From Tricharina praecox (Eukaryota): DNA of 64,000 nucleotides. The position numbers were made by a program, and so were the translations under genes. Of this stretch, positions 1 to 11,631 are shown in pieces. The notes under the pieces were generated by a model. That model worked only from the letters and a program-made list of their open reading frames with translations, did not search any database and was not told the origin of the DNA. The DNA is taken from assembly GCF_024521635.1 (NCBI RefSeq), contig NW_026250420.1, positions 558,001 through 622,000 of the forward strand, written 5' to 3'. Each line of letters opens with the position of its first letter. Position 1 is the first letter of the stretch.

Positions 1-1441
1 GGGACATCTGGCGAATCGCCGGGATGTTCCGCCAATTCTCATGCGCCACAGTTGGAGCCTGTGCCACAAATTCACGCACGGAGATGGCGTGTGAAGTCGT
101 ACGACCACTAGTACCGCAGTAACTACAATAACAAGAACATAATAGTAATAACACCAAGGAGGACCGAGGGCTGCGGATTGAGGGGAAAGACCGACGCGTA
201 GCTGGATCGACACGAAGGTTCGGGCTTCGGGGACCTTGGGCTGATGGATTCCTTTCCGAGGTGACGAAGTGGCTCGCTAAAAAGTATGCAATGAAATCTT
301 CCTCTGCAACGAAAAGCAAATCTCCCGGCTCCCAGAATGACAAGGCTCCCAGATGGCGATTTGCTAGGATGACTTTGTCGGGAGCAATGCTACCATGTTC
401 AGCCTCGTAGTCGATGGTTCCTAGCGAAGACTTCGATTATGACAGCCATTACGCAATACTTATACCCCTCATACAATCTTCATGGCTCGGGCAGTCACGG
501 TTGATCGATGACTTTAGTACAAGGGCGTATGAATCATCCTTACGTTGCCTCTTGAAGGGCAGGCCGGATACCTGCCCGGAGAAATCGAGATAGCTGGGCT
601 TCTGCTAATTGTGTTGTGGTTTAACCACAAGTTCCACGGAACATGCACCCATAATTCCAGTCTTTACCACTCGATATATGCAAAGGAATGGTGGGATTTG
701 ACATGCTCGCTGTTGTGTAAGCATAGCTGCAGAAGAACTTGATAAGTACATACACACGGAAGAAGACGACCATTGAGGGGTTTGCTCATTACCTGCCTGG
801 TACAGTGGCGCCTACTAGATGACTGAAAAGGTGACCGGACATGTCGCAAACCCCCTAAGTTGCGGAGTGCAGCTCTGTGTCCAGCTAGCAAAACCTCTGT
901 AAACGCGATAGGCGCATTTCTCCTCGCTTAGTCATCTGTGATGTGGGGGAATAAAACCCGCAGAGCGGCTCCCCTTTTTCCGCCTTTCGGTAACTTCGGA
1001 AGCTGACCAGATTCTTCCTAGAGTACTGCTCGATCCCAGCAGGCATATGCACGCACAGCAGAGAGGGCGTCTCGATTGAATTTATCTGATTGCTCAACCT
1101 CTCATAACTCACCTCTTCTTGACTGCGCAATCCCCACACCACTTGATGGACTATTCATTGGGCACACCCGAGTCATCCTCCGTCTCCTCATCGCCGCTGT
1201 CCGCCGCTGCTACTCCGAGTTCCCGCCGTGGTTCACCTTTCCGATAACAACGACGCCAGCTCTACTGTGCCGCGGCTTGTTGACTCCACACGACGCCTCC
1301 CCTTTCCAAGTTCTTCCACGCCCGACCCACCATTCTACGCACGTAGGCCGGTTTACCTTTAACCGGCTCTTACTTGACGCTATCAACCGCGAAGCGACAT
1401 CTCGGGCTTCTGGTGGCCTTCTCGAATCCAACTTCTCCACA

Positions 1442-1484
1442 CACCACCATCACCACTACCACCATCACTACCACCACCACCACA
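1442..1484. repeat. Imperfect (CAC)n trinucleotide repeat in the SYP1 upstream/leader region
   Basis: caccaccatcaccactaccaccatcactaccaccaccaccac seen directly, ~90 nt before the SYP1 ATG. Confidence 0.85.
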
Positions 1485-1573
1485 CTCCTCGGTTCTTTTA
1501 GAACGTAAACATCGAAGTGCCGGCATAATTCGAACGCGAAAGGCGGCGTTCTGAGCGCGCGCAGATGACTGAG

Positions 1574-4433
1574 ATGGAGCTTTCACGATCTGAATACCCT
1601 GCCATTGTGGTCCGTTGATCTCACTCACTCCTTGCCCCTCCTGTATTCGATGGTGTCGCCTAGGTAAAATGGTGTTGACTGACAGTTGCGAACCGTCTCA
1701 TAGGCATCGGTACCAGCTTCTCCGGCTGTTAAAATCCTTCGCGACAGACTTCACAAGGGACAAACATTGAATACCGAGATCGCAGAATGGCTACAGGTAT
1801 TCACAGACGCCGCGCGGCCGCCCTAGTTGTGTATCCAGCTCGGAACGAAGCTCACGTTTGGAATCTACACAGGAAAGACGACGAGTCGAAGATGCTTATG
1901 CGCAGTCCCTCTCCAAACTGGCCAAGAGGCCACTCCCCGGCGACGGGTCGGATTTGGGAGTCTTCTCGGGGCCATGGGTGCGCATCATCGAGTCTACAGC
2001 GGCGTTGGCAGTCACACATCACCAGTTCTCGCAGAAGCTTGAAGGCGAGGCGGAGCGACCGATCCGCGACTTTGCGAGCAGGAATGCGGAGTGGTCGAGC
2101 ATGAAGATTATGGAGACCAATCTGAGCGCAGCGGCTAAGGCGATTGATGCAGCTGAGGATCGGGCAGAAAAGCTCAGGAGGCGAGGACAGAAGGCGAAGG
2201 CTCAGCAAGTGGCGGAAGCTGCTACAGCGTTAGCCAATGCAAACGCCGAGTGGGACAGCCAGGCACCATTTGTATTCGAGAAGCTACAAGCTGCAGACGA
2301 ATCGCGATGCAACAGTCTGCGCGATGCTCTAACGCGATTTCAAACCCTAGAACTAGACCACGCCCAGAGCACTATGCAGGGTGCCGAGGCTACCTTGACT
2401 GCGATCCTCGATATCAACACCAGCGATGAGATCAAGGGTTTCGCGAACAAGGCGACGCTCGGACAACACAAAATCGAGAGAAAACAGAGCCGGACAGCCA
2501 GTCACGGCCCATCATACCCCGCGACTCCTTCAATCGTGACTGATGACTCTATTAGCGTGCAGTCTTCAGGCTCGGGAGGAGGTGCCTCTGCCTCTGGTGG
2601 GTCTCCGAGGTCAATGAGTCCGACTTGTGTGCTATGCTAACCGTTTCAGCAGGAAACCATGGCGGCGGAGGTCTAGGCCTCAAGCGATTAGGCACAGTGC
2701 TCCGAAACCGATCTAATCGCAACAGCATGTTCCACAGATCTTCCTCCCCCGACAAGCGACCACGGCCGCCTCTACCAACATCTCCCCAGAGTAGAGGAAA
2801 CGATTCCATCAGGTCGGACGGAAGGTCTCTAGGCGTCCCAGGTTCACCTCTAAGCGATAGGGATGTGCCTACATTTGCCTCGCGGAGCAACGGCAATGGC
2901 GACCAGCGACCGATATCTGCAAACGAACTCGCATCACCGCCCCCTTCCTCGGGCGGCCCGCCATCTGTAATGGTGACTACATCGGAGGAGGTAAGGATAA
3001 CTTTCGGTCTGAGAAATGGCGAGCGGCTAATGATTTCAAGCCACGTACCGACTCGGAAGGATTCACAATACCCCCGCCAGTACATGATTTAGGCTCGCCC
3101 TTGGATATGGATGGGTCTGGAGAGTATGTTCAGGCAGCCGTTTCTCGAAAAAAGCCGGGCTAATTGATCGTAGGGATGCCCAGCCTCAGTTTAAGGTGGA
3201 GATCAAGAATGATGTCATCCGCGAGGAAGAGGAAGAGGCAGATGCCGCTCTGTCAAAAGTAGCTAATACTCTACGTGCTGTATGTGTCTCCAGTGTTCCG
3301 GTGACCTACTGTTTACTGACAGAACAAAGCAAAACACTGTGTCCCGAAAGACTCGCGGGCGCCGTGATGTACGGAATACCATGTTCTTCCCCAATCCCCC
3401 GGAACTAACTCCAGATCTCACCGGATCACCGCCACTCACACCCATGCGGATTACTTCGCGAACGCCTGGGGCTATGTCTGAAGAGGGTTCCGATACTCAT
3501 TCAATAAAATCGTCGAGATCGGTAAACAGCTTGGCTCAGGCGGCGGCCATTCGGCACCCCGACTTGACGGAACTTGGTCTGTGTGCCTCTCTCGTCGAGT
3601 CGGTCAGCATGACCTTTGAGGCTGGTCTAGTAACGCAAGCGGTCGTGGCGGGTGAAATTGCTCTTGCATACAACCCACCTGCAGGCGGCGAGGAACCATC
3701 ATCCATCATTCGCATGGACAACTTTTCCGTTCTGGAGAAGGTTGCCCCGAACCCTGCATTCATCTCCACCATCCCGGACCGGTCAGGAGAGTACACGGTG
3801 AATAACCAGAACATCCATAGGACTTCAGTTGCATTCCGATACAGGGTGCACGTAGATGAAACCAACCTCTCAACCTTCGCCCCCATCATCGTCTCCCCCG
3901 TATGGAGACTAGAGGCACACCAGAGCTCCGTAATCGTCAACTGGAAGCCGAACATGAACTATCACCGTCTGAACAGCAGCACCAAGCCGATCGTCCTGCG
4001 AAACGTCATCTTCATCGCCGGAATCGAGGGGGCACATGCATCCTCGTGCCAGAGCAAGCCGATGGGCACTTTCTCGCGGGAGAAGGGTCGATTGGCCTGG
4101 AAACTAGGCGATTTGACGCTCGATCCTTCGGGGGAGAACGCTGGAGGCAAGGTGCTCGCGCGGTTCGCCACAGATGCCCTAGCCCGCGCCATACCTGTCG
4201 AGGTGCGCTGGGAGATCTCAGCCGAGGACGCAGACACCGTCGGCAGTGGGCTGGCGTTGTCGTTGATGACGGCGACCAAGCCTGCGGTGGCGGAGGATGA
4301 GGAAGAAGCAGATCCGTTCGCGGATGCCGGTGCTGCCGAGGACAAGAGCACCAACGGCGCTGAGCCGGCGGTGACATGGAGCTCGGTGACCACTGTGCGG
4401 AAAATCGCGAGCGGGAAGTATGTGGCCAGTTAA
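1574..4433 (+). CDS. SYP1: Muniscin/FCHo endocytic adaptor (F-BAR N-terminus, Pro/Ser-rich linker, mu-homology C-terminus)
   Basis: Spliced model: exons 1574-1609, 1704-1796, 1873-2596, 2653-2990, 3041-3123, 3174-3279, 3330-4433, all GT-AG and phase-consistent. Gives MELSRSEYPAIV-ASVPASPAVKILRDRLHKGQTLNTEIAEWLQ-ERRRVEDAY (F-BAR) and LCASLVESVS..VAGEIALAY..LEKVAPNPAF..RKIASGKY (muHD). An in-frame ATG also exists at 1565. Confidence 0.9.
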
Positions 4434-5268
4434 GCAGTGGTGTAATGAATTGGTCGTTTGTGTTGTGTTGTGTCGTCGCTCTTTGCCTTCCCTTTGTTTA
4501 CGAGCTAAAAGCTCACCGTTTGCACTCGCATTTTCCTATGTTTGTCTTACCGTCTTGTCTGCATCGCTGGATATCTGGATTTCATTTGTACTACTGAAGA
4601 GATGGTGCTCGAGTGGAAGTGGAAGTAGCATCTGTACTATCTTTTGATATAAATATTGTTTCCTTTTTTTTCCTCCCCGACTGGCGGTTACTTGCTCTGT
4701 TGTGTTTTTCGTCTGTTTGTTTGACTTTGGAGGTGGTTGCCGGGAATATGTATTGTAACAGTAATGGATGTGGGGAGATTTATTCTAGAGTACTCTATGT
4801 ACAGATGAGGGAAGCGTTCATGGACGTCACCCGTCAGCGCGAAATGAATGTGAATAGCTTCTGACCAGTGACAGGTGCCTCACATCCAAGCAATTGCGAT
4901 TATCATAGCCCATGGCTTTTGTGCGAGTCATGCCAAAGATTTTAATGAATATGGGAGTTCCTAGCGGTTCTTGAAGACGGTAGGATTAGAGTAGGTAGTA
5001 TGCATATCTTCTGAGATGATTACTACCACCCGAGTCGCTTCCTCAAGCTTTCAGCGGGGCTGTCGTGCATGGGGACTCCCGCGCCCCATCCGTCGCCGCC
5101 GAATCAACGCGTCATACATAGCATGACCACTAGAGCTATACGCCTACGCCTAAAGCCTCAGGGGCAGACTGCTTCGATACACATGCACGAGAGACGTTAA
5201 CCCGGCCGCCACGCGCTTCGATTCCGATTCAAAAGCCACCCCGCGCTCCGAACTAGCTAGCAGAAACA

Positions 5269-6870
5269 ATGGGCGTGGATCACCAAGACGCCGCCTCTGA
5301 CTACGGTAGCGACATAGACCTCGACGACGAGCAGCTTCTCCTTCTGCTGGATCCTCCATCCGCATATACGCTCCCCACGACCGCAAATTTTGCAGACGAA
5401 GTCCGACTTCACGATGCGGGCAACGATGGCGATGCAGCGGTGGCAATCGTCTACCCAACTTTACCCCAGTGCATCTCCGTGTCCCCTCCTCCTCCCACGG
5501 ACAGCACACGCGCTTTCTCCCAGGAGTCCAATAGCACTGAAGACGCAGACTCGCAGTATTTCGAGTGCACAGAAGCAATCCGTGGGTAATCCCGGCAGCC
5601 TCCGTGAGCAGCACAATCTCATTAACCCAGCTCGCAGCCGTCGGCGCCGCCGCCACGCCTGAACCCAGCAGCCTATCGCTCTCCTCGCCATCCGCCGAAG
5701 ACACGCGCTCGCCCTACGATCGCTTCCGCTCGCGGCGAAAAGCACTGTCGGTAACAGACCTGGTCTCGAACATATGGTGCGAGCAGCAGTTCGAATACAC
5801 GCTGCTGCGGGGGTTCAAGCGGAAAACGCCACAGATGCGCCGCGGGACACAGGTGCACAAGGCCCTCGAGGAGCAGGTGCAGACCGCCGTGCCCGTCGAT
5901 GTCTCCTCAAAGAGGGAGGATGCCTGGGGGCTCAAGATGTTCAATATGTATCAGGGACTGGCAAGCCTCAAACATAACGGGCTGACCAGGGAGTTGCCCG
6001 TGTTTGGCTTCCTCGGCAATACTTTTGTCCAGGGCATCGTCGATGAGGTGTCGTTTGTGCCGCCGCATACGAGGGCGGAGGAGAGGAGGCGGACGGCGGC
6101 GACGGCGGCGACGGCGGCGGCGGCGGAGAGGGTAGCCGGGGAGGAAGATCCGGAGATTGTGCTTGGGGAGGAGGATACAACCGATGCGTTTGGTGTTCCA
6201 CCAATGGGTGAAAGAATTGCGTACCTCTCGGATACGAAAACGCGAGTATCGCGCTCCCTCCCGTCGTCCTCGCAGGTGCGCGCCACCGCGATCCAGCTGA
6301 TGCTGTACCACCGGTTGCTATCGCACATGCACTTGGGAACAGTAGATCTCGGGAAGGCGCTGGATCTGTTCAAGCTGGACGGCGGCGTGGAGTTCTCTGA
6401 CAGTTTTATCGCCCAGATGGCGGGGCTGGATAGTGGAATTTCGCTAGAAACATTGCTGGAGCATAATTCCATCTGGGGGATGTGGGAGCTGGTGCGGCGG
6501 CAGGCGGAGGAGAGCATGGACGGCATCGGGGCGGAGACGGGCGTCTCCTACCGCAGCCAGGCCGACGGGAGTATGATCGGCTTCATGCCGCTGAAGCATG
6601 ATGACAAGGCGCTAGATGCGCATCTGGTCGAGGTTATGAAGTGGTGGAATGGTGAGCGCAGCACGGTCGGTGTCGATATCGAGGATGCATGGAAATGTGA
6701 GCGGGATCACTTATCGTCAACGCAAGTACATTGGGCTAACATCCCTAGGTGGGTCATGTGAGTTTCAAGACACGTGCGAATGGAGACTGTCGAAGCTCCA
6801 GCTGGATCTGCAGGGGAGGAGCGCGAAGAAGCGGAAGTTTCCCGCGCGAAAGCGCTCGGTTGTGGTGTAG
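5269..6870 (+). CDS. EXO5: Exonuclease V (Dem1/EXO5), Fe-S cluster PD-(D/E)xK nuclease
   Basis: LSVTDLVSNIWCEQQFEY, GTQVHKALE, TRELPVFG..VQGIVDE, SDTKTR, QLMLY motifs. Introns 5582-5637 and 6697-6748; removing the latter restores the C-terminal WKCGSCEFQDTCEWR Cys cluster. Confidence 0.92.
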
Positions 6871-7030
6871 ATTTAGTTACATGTGGCACGCTTCGCACGG
6901 TGGTGGCGTTCTTTGTGTATTTTCGTGTAAATTACTACTTTGTATAATACGGATGTAAATATACAGAATAGAGCATCTTGCAGATACACACTCATTGGTC
7001 TTCTGATCATCGTTCGTTTCTTCCACCTCA

Positions 7031-7664
7031 TTACTCCAGCTTGTCCAAATGCTCCAGCCTCGTCAACACAACCTGCTTGCTTGTCTCCTCGATTTCCCCC
7101 GCTAAAAATACCTCGTCGAGGATAGCATAGACCTATCGGCACGCATCAGCCTTCCCCGGCCCATATTCGCCCTCAGCTCTATCCACTCACCTTGTAGAAA
7201 TTAAACACCAAATCCAGCTCGCAGACATTCCCGAAGAAGGCATCTAGCACCTCGACGAAGAAGTGTATCGCCTCCAAGTATGCCAACTCGTTATCGTTCG
7301 CGTCGACACAGACACAGAAGAACAGCCCCGCGTATCGCCGGTACACTATCTTGTTGTTCCGGAACTCGACGAAGTTGCTCTGGTACTTTTGGTCGCGGGG
7401 GGCGACCAGCCGGTGGACTTCGCCCTTGAGCTTCACTTTTTCCTCATCCTGTCGTGGTGGGCGCAGTTAGTGGGGGGGGGGAGCGTGGGGAAGCGTGTAT
7501 GATGGATTGGATGGGATGGAGGTCCGTACATACGTCGTATGGCGCGTACCACTTTGCGAGCCGCGTTTTCCCCCTGTGCGCTTGTCAGTTGCGATGGAAG
7601 CTACCTGGCTGGGGACCTCGGGGGCGCACTGGCGGTTCTGGATCAGGATGAAGGAGAGGACCAT
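7031..7664 (-). CDS. APS2: AP-2 adaptor complex sigma (small) subunit
   Basis: Four exons give [70 protein letters not shown]...[45 protein letters not shown]. Confidence 0.96.
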
Positions 7665-8085
7665 AGTTGATACGTCGGCGGCCGGCTGTGGGGAGTGCGA
7701 ATGTCGTTTGTGTGTGGCTGAGGGAGGGAATGCCCGTGGATATGAGGTATGTATCTGGAGAGCTCTGGCGTCCGTAGTTACGTGCTTTAGGAGATACCTA
7801 CTCTAATAGAAGCTGCGTGGCTATGTGTCACGGATCACTCGGGTGGATCGCCCCTGCGTCTCCGACAAGGATAGGTAAGCTGGGGGCATACAGCAAGCCA
7901 ATCTTCTGTCTCCGTATTTCTTTCGTTTCTTCTTCTTCTTCCCCGCCAACTGCCAACACAGCACACTCTCTCGTTCTCTCGTTCTTGGAAGCTGCACCTC
8001 TCCCCCTCCCAAGCTCAACCTCTCTCCCTCCGAAGCTCAACCCCTCGCCAGAAAAAACCACCTCAACACCCTCGCCGCCGCAACT

Positions 8086-8820
8086 ATGAAACTTCATTTC
8101 TTCCGCCCTCGGCTCCTCTTCCGGCAACCAGCAAGCTCCCCCCTGCGCACACGAGCTACCCACACCTCTCCACCGCCGCCCTCGCAAGCCCCACTGCGGC
8201 TCCTCCGCCGTGTCGCCGCGCCAATCACCAGCTTCTTCGTCTTCTACGGAGCCTCTCAGCGGGCGCACCCCTGGCTAACCCAAATCGCGACGTCGACGAC
8301 GATCAACACGCTCGGCGACCTGAACGCGCAGCTACTCTTTCCCACGTCGGCAGACGCCTCCTACGACTACGCGCGGACGGGGCGCATGGCGCTCACAGGC
8401 TCACTCCTCGCCATCCCCGTCAACGCCTGGTACACGCGTATCTCCTACCGCTTCCTGACGCTGCCGCGAAAGCTGGCGATATTCCTGCGCGTGGCACTGA
8501 GTCAGGCTGTGTTCACGCCCGTGTTCCTGGTCGCCTTCTTTGGTGTCCAGGGCTTGCTCGAGGCAAAGAGTCTCCATGATATCAGCGAGAAGATCTTGAC
8601 CACCGGCCCCCGCGCTTGGAGGGATGGCCTCGTCCTTTGGCCCGCTGTCAGCACGGTTAATTTTGCACTCGTGCCTATTGAGTATCGTGCCCTCGTCGGC
8701 GGCGTGGCGAGTCTAGGTTGGAATACGTGGTTGAGCTATCTCAACTCTAGGAGCAAGACTCCCGTGGAGGTGCAGGAGGTGGTCGCGGGTGCGCCAGTGG
8801 TCATGGAGGTGTCGGCGTAG
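8086..8820 (+). CDS. Mpv17/PMP22 family membrane protein (SYM1-like)
   Basis: Intronless ORF with LGDLNAQ, YDYARTGRM, SQAVFTP, WPAVSTVNFALVP..YR, WNTWLS family motifs and an Arg-rich presequence-like N-terminus; divergent from APS2. Confidence 0.88.
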   Translation: MKLHFFRPRLLFRQPASSPLRTRATHTSPPPPSQAPLRLLRRVAAPITSFFVFYGASQRAHPWLTQIATSTTINTLGDLNAQLLFPTSADASYDYARTGRMALTGSLLAIPVNAWYTRISYRFLTLPRKLAIFLRVALSQAVFTPVFLVAFFGVQGLLEAKSLHDISEKILTTGPRAWRDGLVLWPAVSTVNFALVPIEYRALVGGVASLGWNTWLSYLNSRSKTPVEVQEVVAGAPVVMEVSA

Positions 8821-10330
8821 GGGGGGAAGTTTGGTGGGCGGGTAACTTGATGTAATTGGGCGGGCGGGATAGATGGTAGATGGTAGATGTTGGATGGGTG
8901 GGTGGATTGATGGATGGATATCCTTACGGCGTTTGATTTTTCTCGTTTTTGTACGGTATAGATTTGTTCAAGTTCCTTTCCTTTCCTTCGGTTTCTTTTT
9001 TTCCCTTTTTTTCTGTGGGGTAACTACATAGAGGTATGAGTTTAGTGGTGCTTTAATTTGGGCGGTTGTTTGTTTGTATAGATATTTAGAAGATGGCTTC
9101 CTGGGGGGTTTGGAATGTTTAGATGTACTGGGTTTGCTTGATCGGTATATATGGAGATGTTGGGATGGTTCTGTCAAGTATAGATAGACTACTTGCTTGC
9201 TTGCTGCACAATTTTGTGGTTTTTGGGGGGCTTCGTCATTTAGAAGGTATGTATTCGACCGGGCTCGGCCATGCCATGTTAGATATATACACGATCCGTT
9301 TCCTGCTCCCACCAGTCGCCGGAAATCGCCCATCCCATCACGGCTGCGTGGTTTTTGGCTAGAAACACGAGATATCACTAGTTCCGTCGAGCGGAGTGGA
9401 TGGATCTCATTCAGCACATCTCACTCGGAAATTAAACAGGAAGATATCTCTCTCTCTCATCTCACTCGGAGTGTATGCATATTGCCATAATCATTGAACA
9501 AAGCTTCAGTTCAATTCAACCCCACAACTTGTTGCCGTTGAGGGCTGCCGGTACTATATGAGGTATGTACCGGGTCATGACATGGCATGACATGACGCTC
9601 GAGCTGGCCGTCTCCGTGGCATGACGCCCCACGACCGTGATTCCGGAGATGGAAACGGAGAAGGAAATGGAGATGGCACACGGGTCAGTGGTCGGATCTG
9701 TGTACGACTGAACCCTTGGTGAAGGGTACCGTATGTACTATGAACTCCCACGGGCCATCTTAGGAGCGGAACACTTCTAGGTGGCGGGCAGCGGCGGCGA
9801 GTTCCCATCACTGGGCTCTTTTCGGACTCGACGGCTGGTCTTCGCCGAGGTCTTCACTGGGGGAATTGTTTGTGAGAACTGAGCAGTAATCGGAGATATT
9901 GAGGGCCGTCTTGGGCAAGTGCAATTGTCCGCTGGGACCGGTGATGCTCTACTATCTACATAACGCCAAATGCAACAGATGATTCACGATGTATGGTATC
10001 CTCACGATGTAAAATTTCTGGGTGCCGTATATCCCGGGGACGGGCACGCAGAAAATGAGGATGAAAAGGTGGAGGTTCTAGCTATGTAGCTACAGCTCAG
10101 AGCGCCATCTCATGGCTGCTGAGACCCGACTCCCAAGAGCGGGATGAGATAAAAATAGAAGTGTGATGAATTATTCGGGTGGTCTATGATCAATGATGAT
10201 GTCTAATGGATTGAACAAGAGACAGGCCGACAAGACGAACATACAAGAACAGAAAAGCAACAACAGAAAAGCAATAACATAAAAGTAATAACCAAACCAT
10301 ACACACAAATTTCGCGTAACCTCCGAACCT

Positions 10331-11255
10331 TCAGATGATGAACCCCACCCCCACCCCCGTCGCGTCCGCCAGGCGGTCGCCGATAACGGTGTACTGACCG
10401 AGAGGGAACTTCCGAGTCAAAGTCTTGAGGCCGTCAACACTCCGGATATTCAAAGCTCTGGAAGCGGCCACCTCAATCCACCCGCCCGGCAGAATGGGCT
10501 TTCCCTTCAGCCCATCTTTGCGTCTATGCACCAACCAGGCTCTATGGCATTCTAGAGCTAGTCGTACCTCCAGAACAATCCTACGCGCCGAGTCGGCAGA
10601 TAATTTCGGAGCAGGGGGAACTTCTCCGACATCACCGAGGACATTGCCCGGTTCTACGAGCTCACATTGCGTATCCTGGAACGCCGTAGTCTCAGTTACC
10701 GGAAACCCGTTCCATATGTCGGGGTAATGGGAACGGGAAGCTCGGACATTACTTGGTGGCCTTCCCCTCTTACGCTTAGGGACTTCCGGCGCTGGTGGCT
10801 GGGTTGTCGCAGCCTGACCGTCCTCTATCGGAGACGTGACTGCCTGGCTGGCGTCAAACCCCGCGTCTGTCCCCTGGCTGGCGTCGAAACTGAAGCCGCT
10901 CTCGGAGTACTGCGAGTCTTCCTGGCTTTGTCGATTGCGAAGCCGCGTTGCGGCCCTTTGCGACTGGGTCTTTCGCAGCGACTCAGTCGGGGAGCAATAT
11001 ATCGTCTGATTCGCCGGTGACCGTGGGTTGCAGGTGGGCCCGTTGCAAAGCCTGCGGGTCGGTAGCCGCGGCCTGGGGAGCCATGATGGCGGGACGCGAA
11101 TATAAGTCGTCCTCGTCCTTTACCATGGGGGAGTGGCTACGACGCTTGGTAGCGAGGGGACGATCGGACATGCTTCCCGGTTCTCTCGGGCCTTCTCCTT
11201 TCGTTCGGCTACCGCCAAATCGTGGACTCGCAATTCGTCGTTCAACTGTCCGCAT
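10331..11255 (-). CDS. Orphan AT-hook protein, reading frame split (unresolved intron, frameshift or pseudogene)
   Basis: Manual translation shows a stop-free frame 11119-10331 with no ATG, containing PKRKRGRPP and many SQ/TQ dipeptides. An overlapping upstream ATG-initiated frame (ATG 11255 or 11171) ends at TGA 10983-10985, one base out of register. Confidence 0.45.
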
Positions 11256-11598
11256 GAATGCAATCGCCGGATTTGGAGCGAAGGAACTGGGGCTCTGGGG
11301 TGTAGGCCGATATCGATGGGTGACCACACGGGTCTGAGGGTTGAATGTTGGTGATTGATGTAAAGGCGACGAAGTGGAGGTGATGTGAAAGTGAGAAGGA
11401 GAAGGGATCGTGGTGACGAACTCGCGGGGAATTTCGAGGTGAGAAGTCGATGGTTGAATGTTTGAGGTAGAAGCAGAGGAGATGGAGCAGGTGGGAAGTT
11501 TGATGGTTGGATGTTCGAGGTAGAAGTAGAGATGATGTGAAGGGAAGAAGAAGAGGCGACGAGAAGGGGGGATGCCGGTGTTTAAATGGTTGGGATGG

Positions 11599-11631
11599 GA
11601 GTGTCGAGTGTCGAGTGTCGAGTGTCGAGTG
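11599..11631. repeat. 7-bp tandem repeat (GAGTGTC) x~4.5
   Basis: gagtgtcgagtgtcgagtgtcgagtgtcgagtg seen directly, next to TTTAAA (11581-11586), upstream of the minus-strand orphan gene. Confidence 0.85.

Noticed and set aside
1076..1501. ORF ending in poly-His
   Set aside because: Non-ATG start; the His run is a CAC microsatellite upstream of SYP1.
5108..5113. ACGCGT MCB-like box upstream of EXO5
   Set aside because: A single hexamer in GC-rich DNA is not distinguishable from chance.
10980..10995. Ornithine decarboxylase antizyme-type +1 frameshift gene
   Set aside because: Stop-associated +1 geometry exists, but the downstream frame has no antizyme domain motifs and the codon before the stop is GAC.
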